DNA of 64,000 nucleotides. It comes from an uncultured Pseudomonadota bacterium. GTDB lineage: Bacteria > Pseudomonadota > Alphaproteobacteria > JACZXZ01. A program made the position numbers and the translations under genes. Positions 37,914 through 52,666 of this stretch are shown in pieces. The DNA lies in NCBI GenBank assembly GCA_963749075.1, contig CAVVLJ010000020.1, forward strand, positions 32,001-96,000. Direction: 5' to 3'. The notes under the pieces were generated by a model. It made no database searches. It was not told the origin of the DNA and was given only the letters and a program-made list of their open reading frames with translations. Position 1 is the first letter of the stretch. Each line of letters starts with the position of its first letter.

Positions 37914-38767
37914 GCGGGCTCGCCGGCAACCGCATCGCGAGCCGCTTTGCACGGCTCACGAGCGAGGGCCGCGCCGGCCTCGTCACCTTCATCACCGCGG
38001 GCGATCCCGACCGCGAGAGCTCGCTTAAGCTCCTCGAGGCGCTGCCGGCCGCCGGCGCCGACCTCATCGAGCTCGGCATGCCGTTCTCCGATCCCATGGC
38101 CAACGGACCGGCGATCCAGGCGGCGGGTCTGCGCGCGCTCAAGGCCGGCATGACCCTGGCCGGCGTGCTCGCACTCGTGCGCGGCTTCCGCGCGCGCGAC
38201 GCCGAGACGCCGGTCATCCTCATGGGCTACTACAACCCGATCTACAGCTACGGCAACGAGCGTTTCGTGCGCGAGGCGGCTGCCGCCGGCGTCGACGGGC
38301 TCATCGTCGTCGATCTGCCGCCCGAGGAGGACGCGGAGCTGCGTCCGCTCGCCGAGGCCGCGGGCATTGCCTCGATCCGCCTCGTCGCCCCCACGACCGG
38401 CGAGGCGCGGCTCGCGACCCTCCTCGAGGACGCCGGCGGCTTCGTCTATTACGTTGCCATCACCGGCATCACCGGCACGCGAAGCGCCGTGCTCGGCCAG
38501 GTCGAGGCGGCGATAGCACGCCTGCGCGCGCATACCGAGCTTCCCATCGCCGTCGGCTTCGGCATCAAGACGCCCGAGGACGCCGCCGGCTTCGCGCGCT
38601 TCGCCGATGCGGCGGTGGTGGGCTCGTCCCTCGTGCAGGTCATCGCGTCGGCACTCGATGCCACCGGCAAGACGACGCCGGGTCTGCTGCCCGCGGCACT
38701 CGCCTTCGTGCGGCGGCTCGCGGAGGGCGTGCGCGGTGCGCGGAAAAAGGCCGAGGCCGCGTCGTGA
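37910..38767 (+). CDS. trpA: Tryptophan synthase alpha chain (Asn at the catalytic Asp position)
   Basis: [40 protein letters not shown]. Confidence 0.95.
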   Translation: MSGLAGNRIASRFARLTSEGRAGLVTFITAGDPDRESSLKLLEALPAAGADLIELGMPFSDPMANGPAIQAAGLRALKAGMTLAGVLALVRGFRARDAETPVILMGYYNPIYSYGNERFVREAAAAGVDGLIVVDLPPEEDAELRPLAEAAGIASIRLVAPTTGEARLATLLEDAGGFVYYVAITGITGTRSAVLGQVEAAIARLRAHTELPIAVGFGIKTPEDAAGFARFADAAVVGSSLVQVIASALDATGKTTPGLLPAALAFVRRLAEGVRGARKKAEAAS

Positions 38768-39678
38768 ACTGGCTCACCAACTTCGTACGGCCGCGCATCC
38801 GGGCGCTCGTCCAGAAGGCCGAGGTGACCGACAAGCTGTGGCAGAAGTGCCCGCAGTGCGGCCAGATGATCTTCCACCGCGAGCTCGAGGCCAACCTCAA
38901 CGTCTGCCCGCATTGCGGCCACCACATGCGGCTCGCGGCCGAGCAGCGCCTCGCCATGCTCTTCGACGAGGGCCAGTACCACCGCATCGAGCTGCCCAGG
39001 ACCGCGGCCGACCCCCTCAAGTTCCGCGACGTGAAGCGTTATTCCGACCGCCTCAAGGAGGCGCAGGCGAAGACCGGGCTCGCCGATGCCATCATCGTGG
39101 CGCACGGCCGCATGGGCGGGCTGCCGGTCGTCGTGGCCGCCTTCGAGTTCGCCTTCCAGGGCGGCTCCATGGGCATCGCGGTGGGCGAGGCGCTCGTCGC
39201 CGCGGCCAGGCTCGCCATCCTCCAGCAGGCCGCACTCGTCGCGGTGCCCGCCTCGGGCGGGGCGCGCATGCAGGAGGGCATCCTCTCCCTCATGCAGATG
39301 CCGCGCACGGTGATCGCGGCCGAGCAGATGCGCGAGGCGGGCCTGCCCTACCTCGTCGTGCTCAGCGACCCGACGACGGGCGGCGTCTCCGCCTCCTTCG
39401 CCATGCTGGGCGACATCCAGCTCGCCGAGCCCGGCGCCGTCATCGGCTTTGCCGGCGCCCGCGTCATCGAGGAGACCATCAAGGAGAAGCTGCCCGAGGG
39501 CTTCCAGCGCGCCGAGCATCTCCTCGAGCACGGCATGGTCGACATGGTGGTGCCGCGCGCCGAGTTGCGCGACACCATCGTGCGCATCTTGAGCCTGCTC
39601 ATGAACCGCCAGCCCCCCGCCCCCGTCGTGCCGCTGCCGGCGGCGCAGGCAGGCAAAGGTGCCGCTCCAGCCGAGTGA
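38764..39678 (+). CDS. accD: Acetyl-CoA carboxylase carboxyltransferase beta subunit
   Basis: [12 protein letters not shown] zinc finger, [24 protein letters not shown]. Confidence 0.97.
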   Translation: MNWLTNFVRPRIRALVQKAEVTDKLWQKCPQCGQMIFHRELEANLNVCPHCGHHMRLAAEQRLAMLFDEGQYHRIELPRTAADPLKFRDVKRYSDRLKEAQAKTGLADAIIVAHGRMGGLPVVVAAFEFAFQGGSMGIAVGEALVAAARLAILQQAALVAVPASGGARMQEGILSLMQMPRTVIAAEQMREAGLPYLVVLSDPTTGGVSASFAMLGDIQLAEPGAVIGFAGARVIEETIKEKLPEGFQRAEHLLEHGMVDMVVPRAELRDTIVRILSLLMNRQPPAPVVPLPAAQAGKGAAPAE

Positions 39679-40957
39679 CCTGGTCCTCGAGCGCCTGCTG
39701 GCGCTCCACCCCAAGCTCATCGACCTCTCGCTCGGGCGGGTCGAGCGCCTCCTCGAGCGCCTGGGCCATCCCGAGCACCGCCTGGCACCCGTCGTCCACG
39801 TGGCAGGCACCAACGGCAAGGGCTCGACGATCGCCTTCCTCTCGGCCATCCTCGAAGCGGCCGGCTACAGGGTGCAGGCCTATACCTCGCCGCATCTCGT
39901 ACGCTTCGCCGAGCGCATTCGGCTCGTGGGCGGCATCATCGACGACCGCCGTCTGACCGCACTTCTCGAGGAGTGCGAGCGCGCGAACGGCGGCGAGCCC
40001 ATCACCTTCTTCGAGATCACCACCGCCGCCGCCTTCCTCGCCTTCTCGCGCGAGGCGGCGGATGCACTCCTCCTCGAGGTGGGCCTCGGCGGCAGGCTCG
40101 ACGCCACCAACGTGGTGAGGACGCCCGAGCTCTCGCTCATCACGCCCATCTCGATCGACCACACCGAGCACCTCGGCGACACCATCGAGAAGATCGCCTT
40201 CGAGAAGGCCGGCATCCTCAAGCCGGGCGTGGGTGCTGCGATCGGGCCGCAAATGGCGGGAGCGATGGGCGTCATCGAGGCGCAAGCCGAGCATGTCGGA
40301 GCGCCGCTCCACCGCCACGGGCGGGAATGGAGCATCGAAGCGGAGGGCGGCGGCCTGCATTACCGCGGCCGCCATTGGCGCCTCGCATTGCCGCGGCCGG
40401 CACTCGTCGGCGCCCACCAGGTCGAGAACGCGGGCCTCGCGGTTGCCGCGGCCGAGCGGCTCGAGCGCTTCCGCATCGCACCCGAGCACTTGGCCGCCGG
40501 CCTGACGCGCGTCCAATGGCCGGCGCGCCTCCAGCGCCTTAAGCGCGGGCCGCTCGTGGCGGCACTACCCGGGCCGGGCTGGGAGCTCTGGCTCGACGGC
40601 GGCAAGGCCAACGCCGCCGCCGGCGAGGTACTCGCCGCCATGGCGCGCGAATGGTGCGACCGCCCGCTCGGCCTCGTGGTCGGCATGCTGAGCAACAAGG
40701 CGGCCGAGCAGTTCCTAGCTCCCCTCGCAGCCTACGCCGCCGTCCTCCGCACCGTCGCCATCCCGGGCGAGAAGAACAGCATGACCGCCGCCGCCGCCGC
40801 CCAGCACGCGCGCGCCGTGGGGCACGGCACGGCGCAACCCTCGGCAGACGCGCTCGCCGCGGTCAAGGAAGTCGCGGCTACGCTTCCGCGCCCGAGCCGC
40901 ATCCTCATCTGCGGCTCGCTCTACCTCGCCGGCCGGGTGCTGGCGGAGAATGGGTGA
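39659..40957 (+). CDS. folC: Folylpolyglutamate synthase / dihydrofolate synthase
   Basis: [43 protein letters not shown]. Confidence 0.95.
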   Translation: MPLQPSDLVLERLLALHPKLIDLSLGRVERLLERLGHPEHRLAPVVHVAGTNGKGSTIAFLSAILEAAGYRVQAYTSPHLVRFAERIRLVGGIIDDRRLTALLEECERANGGEPITFFEITTAAAFLAFSREAADALLLEVGLGGRLDATNVVRTPELSLITPISIDHTEHLGDTIEKIAFEKAGILKPGVGAAIGPQMAGAMGVIEAQAEHVGAPLHRHGREWSIEAEGGGLHYRGRHWRLALPRPALVGAHQVENAGLAVAAAERLERFRIAPEHLAAGLTRVQWPARLQRLKRGPLVAALPGPGWELWLDGGKANAAAGEVLAAMAREWCDRPLGLVVGMLSNKAAEQFLAPLAAYAAVLRTVAIPGEKNSMTAAAAAQHARAVGHGTAQPSADALAAVKEVAATLPRPSRILICGSLYLAGRVLAENG

Positions 40958-40970
40958 GCGGCGGGGCGAG

Positions 40971-41111
40971 CATCCCCTCACCCAACTACGGGTAAGGCTC
41001 GGCTTCGCCTCGCCAACCCTCCGTATCCCTCTCCCCTTAAAAGGGGAGAGGGTTGCGCAGGCTTACCCCCGGGCTTGACCCGGGGGTTAGCCGGAGCTGG
41101 GTGAGGGGATG
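40971..41111. repeat. Composite palindromic element (MITE/RPE-like)
   Basis: 17-bp terminal inverted repeats CATCCCCTCACCCAACT / AGCTGGGTGAGGGGATG enclosing CCCTCTCCCC-ttaaaa-GGGGAGAGGG and ACCCCCGGG-cttga-CCCGGGGGT hairpins. Confidence 0.75.
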
Positions 41112-41113
41112 GG

Positions 41114-42995
<1,882 letters not shown>

Positions 42996-43037
42996 GTCAC
43001 GATACTCGGCGGCTGGCAAACTCCTCGAACGAAGCTA

Positions 43038-43105
43038 CGGCCCCGGCGCTCTCAGAGCGCCGGGCCGATAAGAAGGAGTCCGAGCTTCCGGCCGGTTCGC
43101 GACAT
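43038..43105 (-). promoter_or_regulatory. leuA leader peptide with attenuator-like hairpin
   Basis: ORF 43105-43052 MSRTGRKLGLLLIGPAL* with a Leu cluster; stop sits in the GC stem CGGCCCGGCGCTC-tga-GAGCGCCGGGGCCG. Confidence 0.7.
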
Positions 43106-43153
43106 GGCACTTAAGCTAGGGGTGAAGGGGCCGAAGGTCAAGCGTCCTCTCCC

Positions 43154-43618
43154 TTAGCGGTGCAGCGAGAGGCCCTTGAGCACCTTGTCCGCGGCCTTGC
43201 GCTCGGCGCGGAAGGCGATGCCGGCGAGGTTGAGCGCCTCGCGCGGGAAGCGCTTCACCGCGGCCCGATTGTCGTCGTCGTTGCCGGTCGCGAAGAGCTC
43301 TTGCGTGAAAATCGCCATGGGGATGTTGCGCGCAAAGGCGCGCTCGTGGGCGGCGCGCACCCCTTCGGCCGAGCCGGCGAAGACCAGCACGGGCTGGCGG
43401 AACATCGCGAGATAGGCATTGCCCGAGGCGTCGCCGTAGGGGGCACCCATGACGCCCGGCTCGCCTCCTGCTATGGCGCTCGCGAGGAAGGCGGTGACGT
43501 TGAGCTTCTGCCACACCGCGAGGTCCTCGCGGAGCAGAATCGCGATCTTGCTGTCGAACCGCACGCGCGGCACGGCTTCGCTGCCCGCTTCCGCCGCGGC
43601 GTCTTCCTCTCCGACCAT
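43154..43618 (-). CDS. DUF2000 family protein
   Basis: FDSKIAILLREDLAVWQKLNVTAFLAS...YGDASG...LFATGNDDDNRA. Confidence 0.88.
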   Translation of the reverse strand: MVGEEDAAAEAGSEAVPRVRFDSKIAILLREDLAVWQKLNVTAFLASAIAGGEPGVMGAPYGDASGNAYLAMFRQPVLVFAGSAEGVRAAHERAFARNIPMAIFTQELFATGNDDDNRAAVKRFPREALNLAGIAFRAERKAADKVLKGLSLHR

Positions 43619-43707
43619 GGCCGTCCTCCGCGCGCTGCCGAGACGCCACTCTGGCATGCGCCGGGAGTCTGGTATTGTACCGCGTTGCGCGATCGAGCGG
43701 CGGGGCG

Positions 43708-44577
43708 ATGGCGGAAGCACCTCCGAGAGCCGCGGTCCGGGACTGGGCGGAATATGTCGTGCCGGCGAAGGGCTACGGCATCGAGCTCCTGCGCGCCCAT
43801 TTCGTGGGCCACGCCTACGACCGCCACAGCCACGATGCTTACGCCATCGGCGTCACCGAGGCGGGCGTGCAGGCCTTCAACTGCCGCGGCGCGCATCACG
43901 TCAGCACGAAGCACATGGTGATAGCCTTAAATCCCGACGAGGCGCACGACGGCCACGCCGGTGCCGCGGGCGGCTTCACCTACCGCATGCTCTATTTCAA
44001 GCCCGAGGCGGTGCGGCGGGTGATGGAGGATTACGGCGACGGCCGGCCGGCAGCGCCGCCCTACGCGCGTGCACCCCTCATCGCCGATCCAGGGCTCGCG
44101 CACCTCATCGCCGCACTCCACCGCGCACTCGCCGGCACCGCACCCAGCCTCGAGTGCGAGGCGCTCATCGATGCGGTGCTGGCGCGTTTTGCCGAGCGCC
44201 ACGCCGAGTGCCGCGTGCCGGGGCCGGCGCGCGCAGCGCAGCCGGGCGACGCTGCCTTGCAGCGGCTGCGCGACTATCTCGAGGACACAGCACTCGCCGA
44301 GGACGTCTCGGCGGATGCGCTCGTGCGCCTTGCCGGCATGAGCCGCTTCCACCTCTGCCGCGCCTTCCGCCGCCGCTACGGACTGCCGCCCCACGCCTAC
44401 CGCCTCAAGCTCCGCCTCGCCGCGGCGAAGCGCATGCTCGCGGCCGGCGAGCCGCCTGCCGCCGTGGCAGCATCCCTCGGCTTCGCCGACCAGAGCCATC
44501 TCCACAAGCGCTTCAAGGGCGCCTTCGGCGTGACGCCGGGCCAGTTCGCCGCCGCGGCACGGGGGCGGCCCGGGTAA
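43708..44577 (+). CDS. AraC family transcriptional regulator
   Basis: YDRHSHDAYAIG cupin, MSRFHLCRAF, GFADQSHLHKRFK. Confidence 0.92.
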   Translation: MAEAPPRAAVRDWAEYVVPAKGYGIELLRAHFVGHAYDRHSHDAYAIGVTEAGVQAFNCRGAHHVSTKHMVIALNPDEAHDGHAGAAGGFTYRMLYFKPEAVRRVMEDYGDGRPAAPPYARAPLIADPGLAHLIAALHRALAGTAPSLECEALIDAVLARFAERHAECRVPGPARAAQPGDAALQRLRDYLEDTALAEDVSADALVRLAGMSRFHLCRAFRRRYGLPPHAYRLKLRLAAAKRMLAAGEPPAAVAASLGFADQSHLHKRFKGAFGVTPGQFAAAARGRPG

Positions 44578-44596
44578 GATGCCGCTTGCGGGCGGG

Positions 44597-44616
44597 ATCA
44601 AATGGTCGTATTTGAT
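44597..44616. promoter_or_regulatory. Inverted repeat, likely Xre-RES operator
   Basis: ATCAAAT-ggtcgt-ATTTGAT upstream of the antitoxin. Confidence 0.6.
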
Positions 44617-44642
44617 GGATCATTTGTTCCTATGAGGCCGCC

Positions 44643-45077
44643 ATGATCGAGCCCCGAGCCATCGCCGCTGTCCTCGGGGGAGAGACGGTGCTGCACAAGC
44701 GCATTCGCTCGGTGGACGATCTGGCGCAAGCGGTGGCCCACGGCTTGCCCAAACGGGCGGCCTTCAACGTCGTCGGTTGTCTCGATGCAACGGTGGAGTC
44801 GCGCGCGCGGCTCTTCGCCTTCATCGCTCCCCCGGCGACACTCAAGCGCCGCAAGGACCGTCTCAAGACGGACGAAAGCGAGCGCACCGAACGGCTCGCC
44901 CGCGTCATTGCGACGGCACGTCACGTGTTCGGGAATGAGGAATTCGCGCGCCGCTTTCTGGTGGCGCCCCACAAGATGCTGCGGGACCGCGCGCCGATCG
45001 AGGCCGCCATGAGCGAGCTCGGCGCCCGCCAGGTCGAGGAGCTCCTGTGGGACGTCTACTATGGCTTCCCGGTCTAA
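44643..45077 (+). CDS. Xre/MbcA/ParS family antitoxin
   Basis: IAPPATLKRRK..L..DESERTERLARV...PH..L....PI....SELGARQVEELL. Confidence 0.9.
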   Translation: MIEPRAIAAVLGGETVLHKRIRSVDDLAQAVAHGLPKRAAFNVVGCLDATVESRARLFAFIAPPATLKRRKDRLKTDESERTERLARVIATARHVFGNEEFARRFLVAPHKMLRDRAPIEAAMSELGARQVEELLWDVYYGFPV

Positions 45078-45534
45078 GGGGCCGCTTCTCGCCCATCGCA
45101 TTGGCGACAGCCGCTTTCCGCTCTTTGGCGCCGTTGGCTCCCTCAAGCGGCCCGGCCGCTGGCACTCAGGGCGCTTTCCCGTGATCTACGCCGCCGCGTC
45201 GTTCGCCGGCGCCATGCTCGAGCGGTTGGCGCAGACGGGAATAGGCGCGCTTCCCCTCTTCACCGCGGCGATCGTCATCTCCATCCCGGAAGCCGTGGAG
45301 AGCGAGGCGATCGAGGAGGCGGACGTGCCCGGCTGGGAGCGCCCTGACAAGGTCGCCGGCCAAGCCTTCGGCGATCGCTGGCTCCGGGAGCGGCGCACCG
45401 CGGTGCTCACGGTCCCCTCGGTCGTAGCCCGGCTCGAGCGCAACGTGCTCATAAACCCGGACCACGCGGATTTTCGCGGGATCACGGCAAGCGAGCCGGT
45501 TCCCGTCGTCTGGGATGCGCGCCTGTTTCGCTGA
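45061..45534 (+). CDS. RES domain toxin (NAD+ phosphorylase family)
   Basis: PGRWH, VIYAA, AMLE, VPSVV..ERNVLINPDH. Confidence 0.9.
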   Translation: MASRSKGPLLAHRIGDSRFPLFGAVGSLKRPGRWHSGRFPVIYAAASFAGAMLERLAQTGIGALPLFTAAIVISIPEAVESEAIEEADVPGWERPDKVAGQAFGDRWLRERRTAVLTVPSVVARLERNVLINPDHADFRGITASEPVPVVWDARLFR

Positions 45535-45677
45535 GCGATTGGACGAATAGCCGAGTCCTTCTTTCTTTCCGCCGGCCCCTGATATGTACGCCCGCTTCGA
45601 CTGGTCCAATTTTATGAGGCCGGAGCAAAGGGTCGATCGCGTCACGGAGACATGACGGCTGCGGGCGCCGCCGCGCC

Positions 45678-46718
45678 CTAGGTTCGGCGCGGGGCGCTGT
45701 GCGGCGGTGCTGTGGTGTCCCTGAGGATCAGCTCGGCTTCGAGCTCTTGCGATGCGGTGCATGGTTGAGAGTTGATGCAGCCGATCAGATACTCCGCGGC
45801 AAGGCGGCCCATCGCCGCGCAGGGGACCCGCATGGTGGTGAGCGGCGGGATCATGTGGCAGGCGAGATCAAGATCATCGAAGCCGGTGAGCGAAACGCGG
45901 TCCGGGACTTTGATGCCGCTTGCCTGGCATTCGAGGAGTGCACCGATTGCCAGGACATCGTTGCCGCAGATCACCGCGGTCGGCGGCCGTGCCGACCGCA
46001 TGAGCGCGCGCAACGCCGAACGCCCCTCGCCGATCTCGTATGGACGCTCCAGAAGCCGCTCCGGCGGCAGTGCCAAGCCGCGCGCGGCGAGGGCGTCGCG
46101 CACGCCGCCGATGCGCTCGGCGGCGCGGTCGTTGTGGCGCGCGATGCCGGCGATCATGGCGAACTCCCGGTGACCGAGGTCCAGCAGATGCGCCGCGATC
46201 TTCGCCGCCGCCCGGCGGTTGTCGAAGCCGACGCAGGGATGGCCGCCGTCGGCGTCGTAGATCCAGGTGTTGACGTAGGGCACCCTCTTCGCCGCCAGCC
46301 GCTCGTAGAGGGCCGCTTCGTGATCGGCGCCGATGAGCATGATGCCGTCGACTCCGCGCTCGATCAGCGCATCAAGCTCGGCAAGCTCGCGGTCCCGCAC
46401 ATATTCGGTGCTGGCAAGCAAGAGCACGAAACCCGCGGCATTCAGCCGGCGCTGGAGGGCATCGATCCCTTTCGCGAAGATGGCGTTGTCCAGCGTCGGC
46501 ACGATGGCACCCACGGTGTTCGAGCGCCGCGACGCCAGCGCGCGCGCAACGCCGTGCGGCACGTAGCCGAGGCGCGTCACCGCGATCTGCACCCTGGCGC
46601 GCAGCTCCTCGCGCACGTTGCCGGGCCGGTTCAGCACCCGCGAGACGGTCGCCGGCGAGACGCCGGCGGCCTCTGCCACGTCATCGAGCGTGACCGTGCC
46701 GAGAGCTCTTATCTGCAA
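45678..46718 (-). CDS. LacI family regulator (HpsR-like by context)
   Basis: TTG start with AGGAG RBS; VTLDDVAEAAGVSPATVSRVLN, ICGNDVLAIG, GFDD, PPLTT. Confidence 0.9.
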   Translation of the reverse strand: MQIRALGTVTLDDVAEAAGVSPATVSRVLNRPGNVREELRARVQIAVTRLGYVPHGVARALASRRSNTVGAIVPTLDNAIFAKGIDALQRRLNAAGFVLLLASTEYVRDRELAELDALIERGVDGIMLIGADHEAALYERLAAKRVPYVNTWIYDADGGHPCVGFDNRRAAAKIAAHLLDLGHREFAMIAGIARHNDRAAERIGGVRDALAARGLALPPERLLERPYEIGEGRSALRALMRSARPPTAVICGNDVLAIGALLECQASGIKVPDRVSLTGFDDLDLACHMIPPLTTMRVPCAAMGRLAAEYLIGCINSQPCTASQELEAELILRDTTAPPHSAPRRT

Positions 46719-46727
46719 GCGCTTTCT
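46714..46727. promoter_or_regulatory. LacI-type operator overlapping the regulator's own start
   Basis: TGCAAGCGCTTTCT, near copy of the 46869 palindrome. Confidence 0.6.
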
Positions 46728-46827
46728 CCTGGTGCAACCTATGAGGACATATTCTGCCGGATTCGACGCTCGGTTACAACTTACCGTAAAATAAGAGCAA
46801 TGTCCCCCTGAGGGTGCCATAAACCGA

Positions 46828-46882
46828 TTGACAGCCATTTCCCGTCAGGCCCTAATATGCGAAAACCAAGAAAGCGCTTTCT
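46828..46882 (+). promoter_or_regulatory. Sigma70-type promoter and LacI-type operator of the ABC-hpsN operon
   Basis: TTGACA at 46828, AT-rich -10 region near 46852, perfect palindrome AGAAAGCGCTTTCT at 46869-46882. Confidence 0.7.
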
Positions 46883-46909
46883 CAATCGGCGCGCGACGAG
46901 GAATTGCCG

Positions 46910-47701
46910 ATGGCGAGCTCGAACGGTGGTCGCGGCGGCCTCAGACGGTGGCTCGTCGGCGGTGCGACGGTCGCACTCCTCCTTGTCCTCTGGTATGCGC
47001 TGACGACGGCGGCCGGGGTCATCGATCCAGCCCGCTTCCCGCGGCCCTCGGATGTCTGGCAGGCGGCGGAGCAGCTCTCCGGGCGCGGCTATGCCGGGGG
47101 TACTTTGGCCTGGCAAGCCTGGTACAGCTCGCGCCTTGTCATCCTCGGCTTCTTCGTTGCCGCCGGGACGGGCGCGCCGCTCGGTCTTCTCATGGGGACG
47201 AGCCGCCGCGCCGAGGCCTTCATCAACCCCGCTTTTCTCCTCATCCGCCCGATCCCGCCGCTCGCCTGGATTCCGCTTGCCATTCTGTGGTTCGGTCTGG
47301 GCGATCTCGCAAAGATCTTCGTCATCTGGTTCGCCGCATTCGTCCCGGCGCTCATCAATACCTACACCGGGGTGCGCAACGTCGACCGCACGCTGATCGC
47401 CGCCGCGCGCGTCCATGGCGCGTCGAGCTGGCAGGTGCTGACGGACGTCGTCATTCCCGGAGCACTGCCCCTGGTCTTCACCGGCCTGCGCCTGTCGCTG
47501 CAGGCCGCTTGGACCACGCTCGTGGCGGCGGAGCTGGTCGGCGCGTTCTTTGGTCTGGGGCGCGTCCTCATCATCGCGGCGCAGGACATCTATCCCGGCA
47601 TGATAGCCTACGCCATGTTTTGGGTGGCGCTCCTGGGTGCTGCCATGACCGGGGCACTTGCGCTGATCGAGCGCTGGTCGATGCCGTGGCGCGCCGCATG
47701 A
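46910..47701 (+). CDS. ABC permease, SsuC/TauC type
   Basis: FPRPSDV, RPIPPLAWIPLAILWFG, WTTLVAAEL. Confidence 0.9.
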   Translation: MASSNGGRGGLRRWLVGGATVALLLVLWYALTTAAGVIDPARFPRPSDVWQAAEQLSGRGYAGGTLAWQAWYSSRLVILGFFVAAGTGAPLGLLMGTSRRAEAFINPAFLLIRPIPPLAWIPLAILWFGLGDLAKIFVIWFAAFVPALINTYTGVRNVDRTLIAAARVHGASSWQVLTDVVIPGALPLVFTGLRLSLQAAWTTLVAAELVGAFFGLGRVLIIAAQDIYPGMIAYAMFWVALLGAAMTGALALIERWSMPWRAA

Positions 47702-48501
47702 CCGCCAGCGGCCCGCCCGTGTCGACCGAGGGAAAGAGGGAGCCGCCGCTTTGGCTCTACGCGGCGGCAGGATTCGTAACGCTCTTCGCGCTCTGGCTGG
47801 CGCTCGCCCGCTCAGGCGTGATGCCGGAACGGGTGCTGCCGGGTCCGGATGCCGTGGTGGCGGCGTTTCTCCGCCTCACCGTCGAGCCCTTCGCCGGCTT
47901 CACCCTGCAGCAGGACCTTCTCTCCAGCGCCATCCGTTTCGCGCTGGGCTTTCTCCTGGCCGCATCGTGCGGCATTCCGCTCGGCCTGCTGATGGGCTGG
48001 TTTCGCTGGCTCGACGATATCGTCTCGCCGCTCTTCGAGGGCTTGCGCTTCGTAGCGCCGATCGCATGGGTTCCGTTCGCGGCCTTGTGGTTCGGCACCG
48101 GCGTCGGCGGGCCGATCCTGATCATATTTTCCGGCGCCTTTCCGCCTTGCGTGATCAATGCCTATCGCGGCGCGCGTCTGGTCGAGCCGCGCTATCTCGA
48201 GGCGGCTCAGACCTTGGGCGCCAGCCATTGGCGCATCATTACGGAGGTGCTGATACCGGCGGCGCTGCCGGCGATCGTAGCGGGCTTGCGCATCGGCGCG
48301 GGCCTGGGCTGGCAATCTCTGATCGGCGCCGAGCTCATCGTCGTCTCGTCGGGCATCGGTTACCTCATCGTTCAGGGCCAGAGCAATCTCGCGACCCCGA
48401 TCGTGATGGCCGGCATGCTGGCGATCGGCTGCGTCGGCTTCGCCATCGACGTGCTGCTGCGCGCCTTCGAGCGGCGCGTGCGGCGCGGCTGGGCGGGCTA
48501 G
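47698..48501 (+). CDS. ABC permease, SsuC/TauC type (second)
   Basis: LPGPDAV, APIAWVP, EAAQTLGA, WQSLIGAEL. Confidence 0.9.
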   Translation: MTASGPPVSTEGKREPPLWLYAAAGFVTLFALWLALARSGVMPERVLPGPDAVVAAFLRLTVEPFAGFTLQQDLLSSAIRFALGFLLAASCGIPLGLLMGWFRWLDDIVSPLFEGLRFVAPIAWVPFAALWFGTGVGGPILIIFSGAFPPCVINAYRGARLVEPRYLEAAQTLGASHWRIITEVLIPAALPAIVAGLRIGAGLGWQSLIGAELIVVSSGIGYLIVQGQSNLATPIVMAGMLAIGCVGFAIDVLLRAFERRVRRGWAG

Positions 48502-48505
48502 GAAG

Positions 48506-49345
48506 ATGAGCGGAATCTCGTTCGTCGGCGTGACCAGGAGCTTTACCCGCGGTGCCGAGCCGATCGTGGCGCTCGACGGCGTCTCGCTCGAGATACGGGA
48601 GCGCGAATTCGTCGCAATCGTGGGTCCGTCCGGCTGCGGCAAGACCACGCTCTTGCGTCTGGCGGCTGGCCTCGACTTTCCCACCGCGGGCAAGGTGCTG
48701 GTGGCGGAGCGGCCGGTGCGCGGGCCCGGGCCCGATCGCGCGGTCGTCTTCCAGCAGTTCGCCCTCTTCCCCTGGAAGAGCGTCAGACAGAATATCGGCT
48801 TCGGCCTGAAGTGCCGCGGCGTGCCATCTCGCGAACGCGAGGCCGCCGTGCGGTACTACATCGAAGTGATGGGTCTCGGCGGACACGAGGACGCCTTTCC
48901 CCATCAACTCTCGGGCGGCATGCAGCAGCGCGTTGCCATCGCGCGGTCCTACGTGCTCGATCCCGAAGTGCTGCTGATGGACGAGCCCTTCGGGTCGCTC
49001 GACGCGCAGACCCGCATCGAGATGCAGGAGGAGCTCATTCGGCTGGCACGCGTCAATCCGCGCACGGTGCTGTTCATCACGCACAGCGTCGAGGAGGCGG
49101 TCTATCTCGCCGACCGCGTCGTGGTGATGACCAAGCGGCCGGGACGGATTCGCGAGATCATCGATGTCGCCGGCGTGCGGCGCGACGAGGCCTGGCAGAC
49201 GCGGCCGGTCGAGGAGGTCATGGACCGGGAGTCCTTCATCCACCTCCGGAGCTACATCTGGAAACTGTTGCGCGATCAGCGCGACGAGGGCGCGGGCGTC
49301 GAGCGCCTGGACCTGCGCCGCGCCGTACGAACCAAGCGATCATAA
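48506..49345 (+). CDS. ABC ATP-binding protein, SsuB/TauB type
   Basis: [39 protein letters not shown]. Confidence 0.93.
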   Translation: MSGISFVGVTRSFTRGAEPIVALDGVSLEIREREFVAIVGPSGCGKTTLLRLAAGLDFPTAGKVLVAERPVRGPGPDRAVVFQQFALFPWKSVRQNIGFGLKCRGVPSREREAAVRYYIEVMGLGGHEDAFPHQLSGGMQQRVAIARSYVLDPEVLLMDEPFGSLDAQTRIEMQEELIRLARVNPRTVLFITHSVEEAVYLADRVVVMTKRPGRIREIIDVAGVRRDEAWQTRPVEEVMDRESFIHLRSYIWKLLRDQRDEGAGVERLDLRRAVRTKRS

Positions 49346-49370
49346 GCAACGCCACTTAAGGGAGGACAAT

Positions 49371-51792
<2,422 letters not shown>

Positions 51793-51876
51793 GCGGCGGG
51801 AGAGCCCCATGAAGGCGCTTGATATGAACGCCTATGTGGCGTGCATGAGCAGCCGTCAACGACGCGGGGGCGCCAG

Positions 51877-52161
51877 ATGGGTCGAACTGCCGAAGCGAAA
51901 CGGGACCGCATGCACCTGCGCTTGGACGCCAAGACCAAGCGCAAGCTCGAGCGGGTGGCGGCCTATGAGGAAACGAGCGTGAGCGATTTCGTGGTGGCGA
52001 ACGCGGCGGCGGCGGCCGAGCGGGTCATCGATTCGCGCGAGAAGATCGCTCTTTCGGCGATGGATTGGAAAGTCTTCTATGACGCGCTGATCAACCCGCC
52101 GGAACCGAACGAGAAGCTGAAGGAAGCCGCGCGCCGCTATCGCGAGCGTGTCGGTGGATGA
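51877..52161 (+). CDS. DUF1778 (TacA-like) RHH antitoxin
   Basis: RMHLRL...LERVAA....SVSDFV...LS..DW..FYDALINPPEPNEKLKEA. Confidence 0.9.
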   Translation: MGRTAEAKRDRMHLRLDAKTKRKLERVAAYEETSVSDFVVANAAAAAERVIDSREKIALSAMDWKVFYDALINPPEPNEKLKEAARRYRERVGG

Positions 52162-52665
52162 GCCGCCCCTGGTCATCGGGCCGCTTGGCTCGCACCATGA
52201 CCGGAGCGCCTTCTCGTGCGGGGGGACCCCGCCCTCGACGCCTACCTTCAGCGGCAAGCCTCGCAGGACATACATCGGCGCGCCGCACAGGTGTTCGCCG
52301 CCGTCGGCGAGGCACCTGGAAGGATCCCCGGTTATTACAGCCTGAGCGCCGCGAGCCTCGCGAAGGACGAATTGCCGGCGGCCTCGGCGAAGCGGCTGCC
52401 GCATTATCCCGTGCCGGCCGCCGTGCTCGGCCGCCTCGCCATCGATCGCGAGCAGCAAGGGCGCGGGCTTCGGGAGATGCTGCTGCTCGATGCGATACGC
52501 CGTGCCGTCCGGGTGAGCACGGCGATCGCCGTGCATGCGATCATCGTCGACGCCAAGAACGAGCGCGCGCAAGCGTTCTACGAACGCTACGGCTTTCGTG
52601 CCTTCGCTGGCGCGCCGCGCCGTCTCTTCCTCCCCCTCGAGAGCTTCGAGAAGCTCGGGCTGCAG
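52148..52665 (+). pseudogene. GNAT toxin (TacT/AtaT-like), frameshifted and lacking its normal stop
   Basis: HDRSAFSCG in one frame, DPALDAYL...LPHYPVPAAVLGRLAID...VDAKNERAQAFYERYGF in another; shift in the G6 run 52220-52225; frame runs on to 52899. Confidence 0.85.
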
Positions 52666-52666
52666 C

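Noticed and set aside
43154-44577. DUF2000-AraC pair as part of a leucine system
   Set aside because: A common stand-alone divergent pair; nothing links it to leuA beyond adjacency
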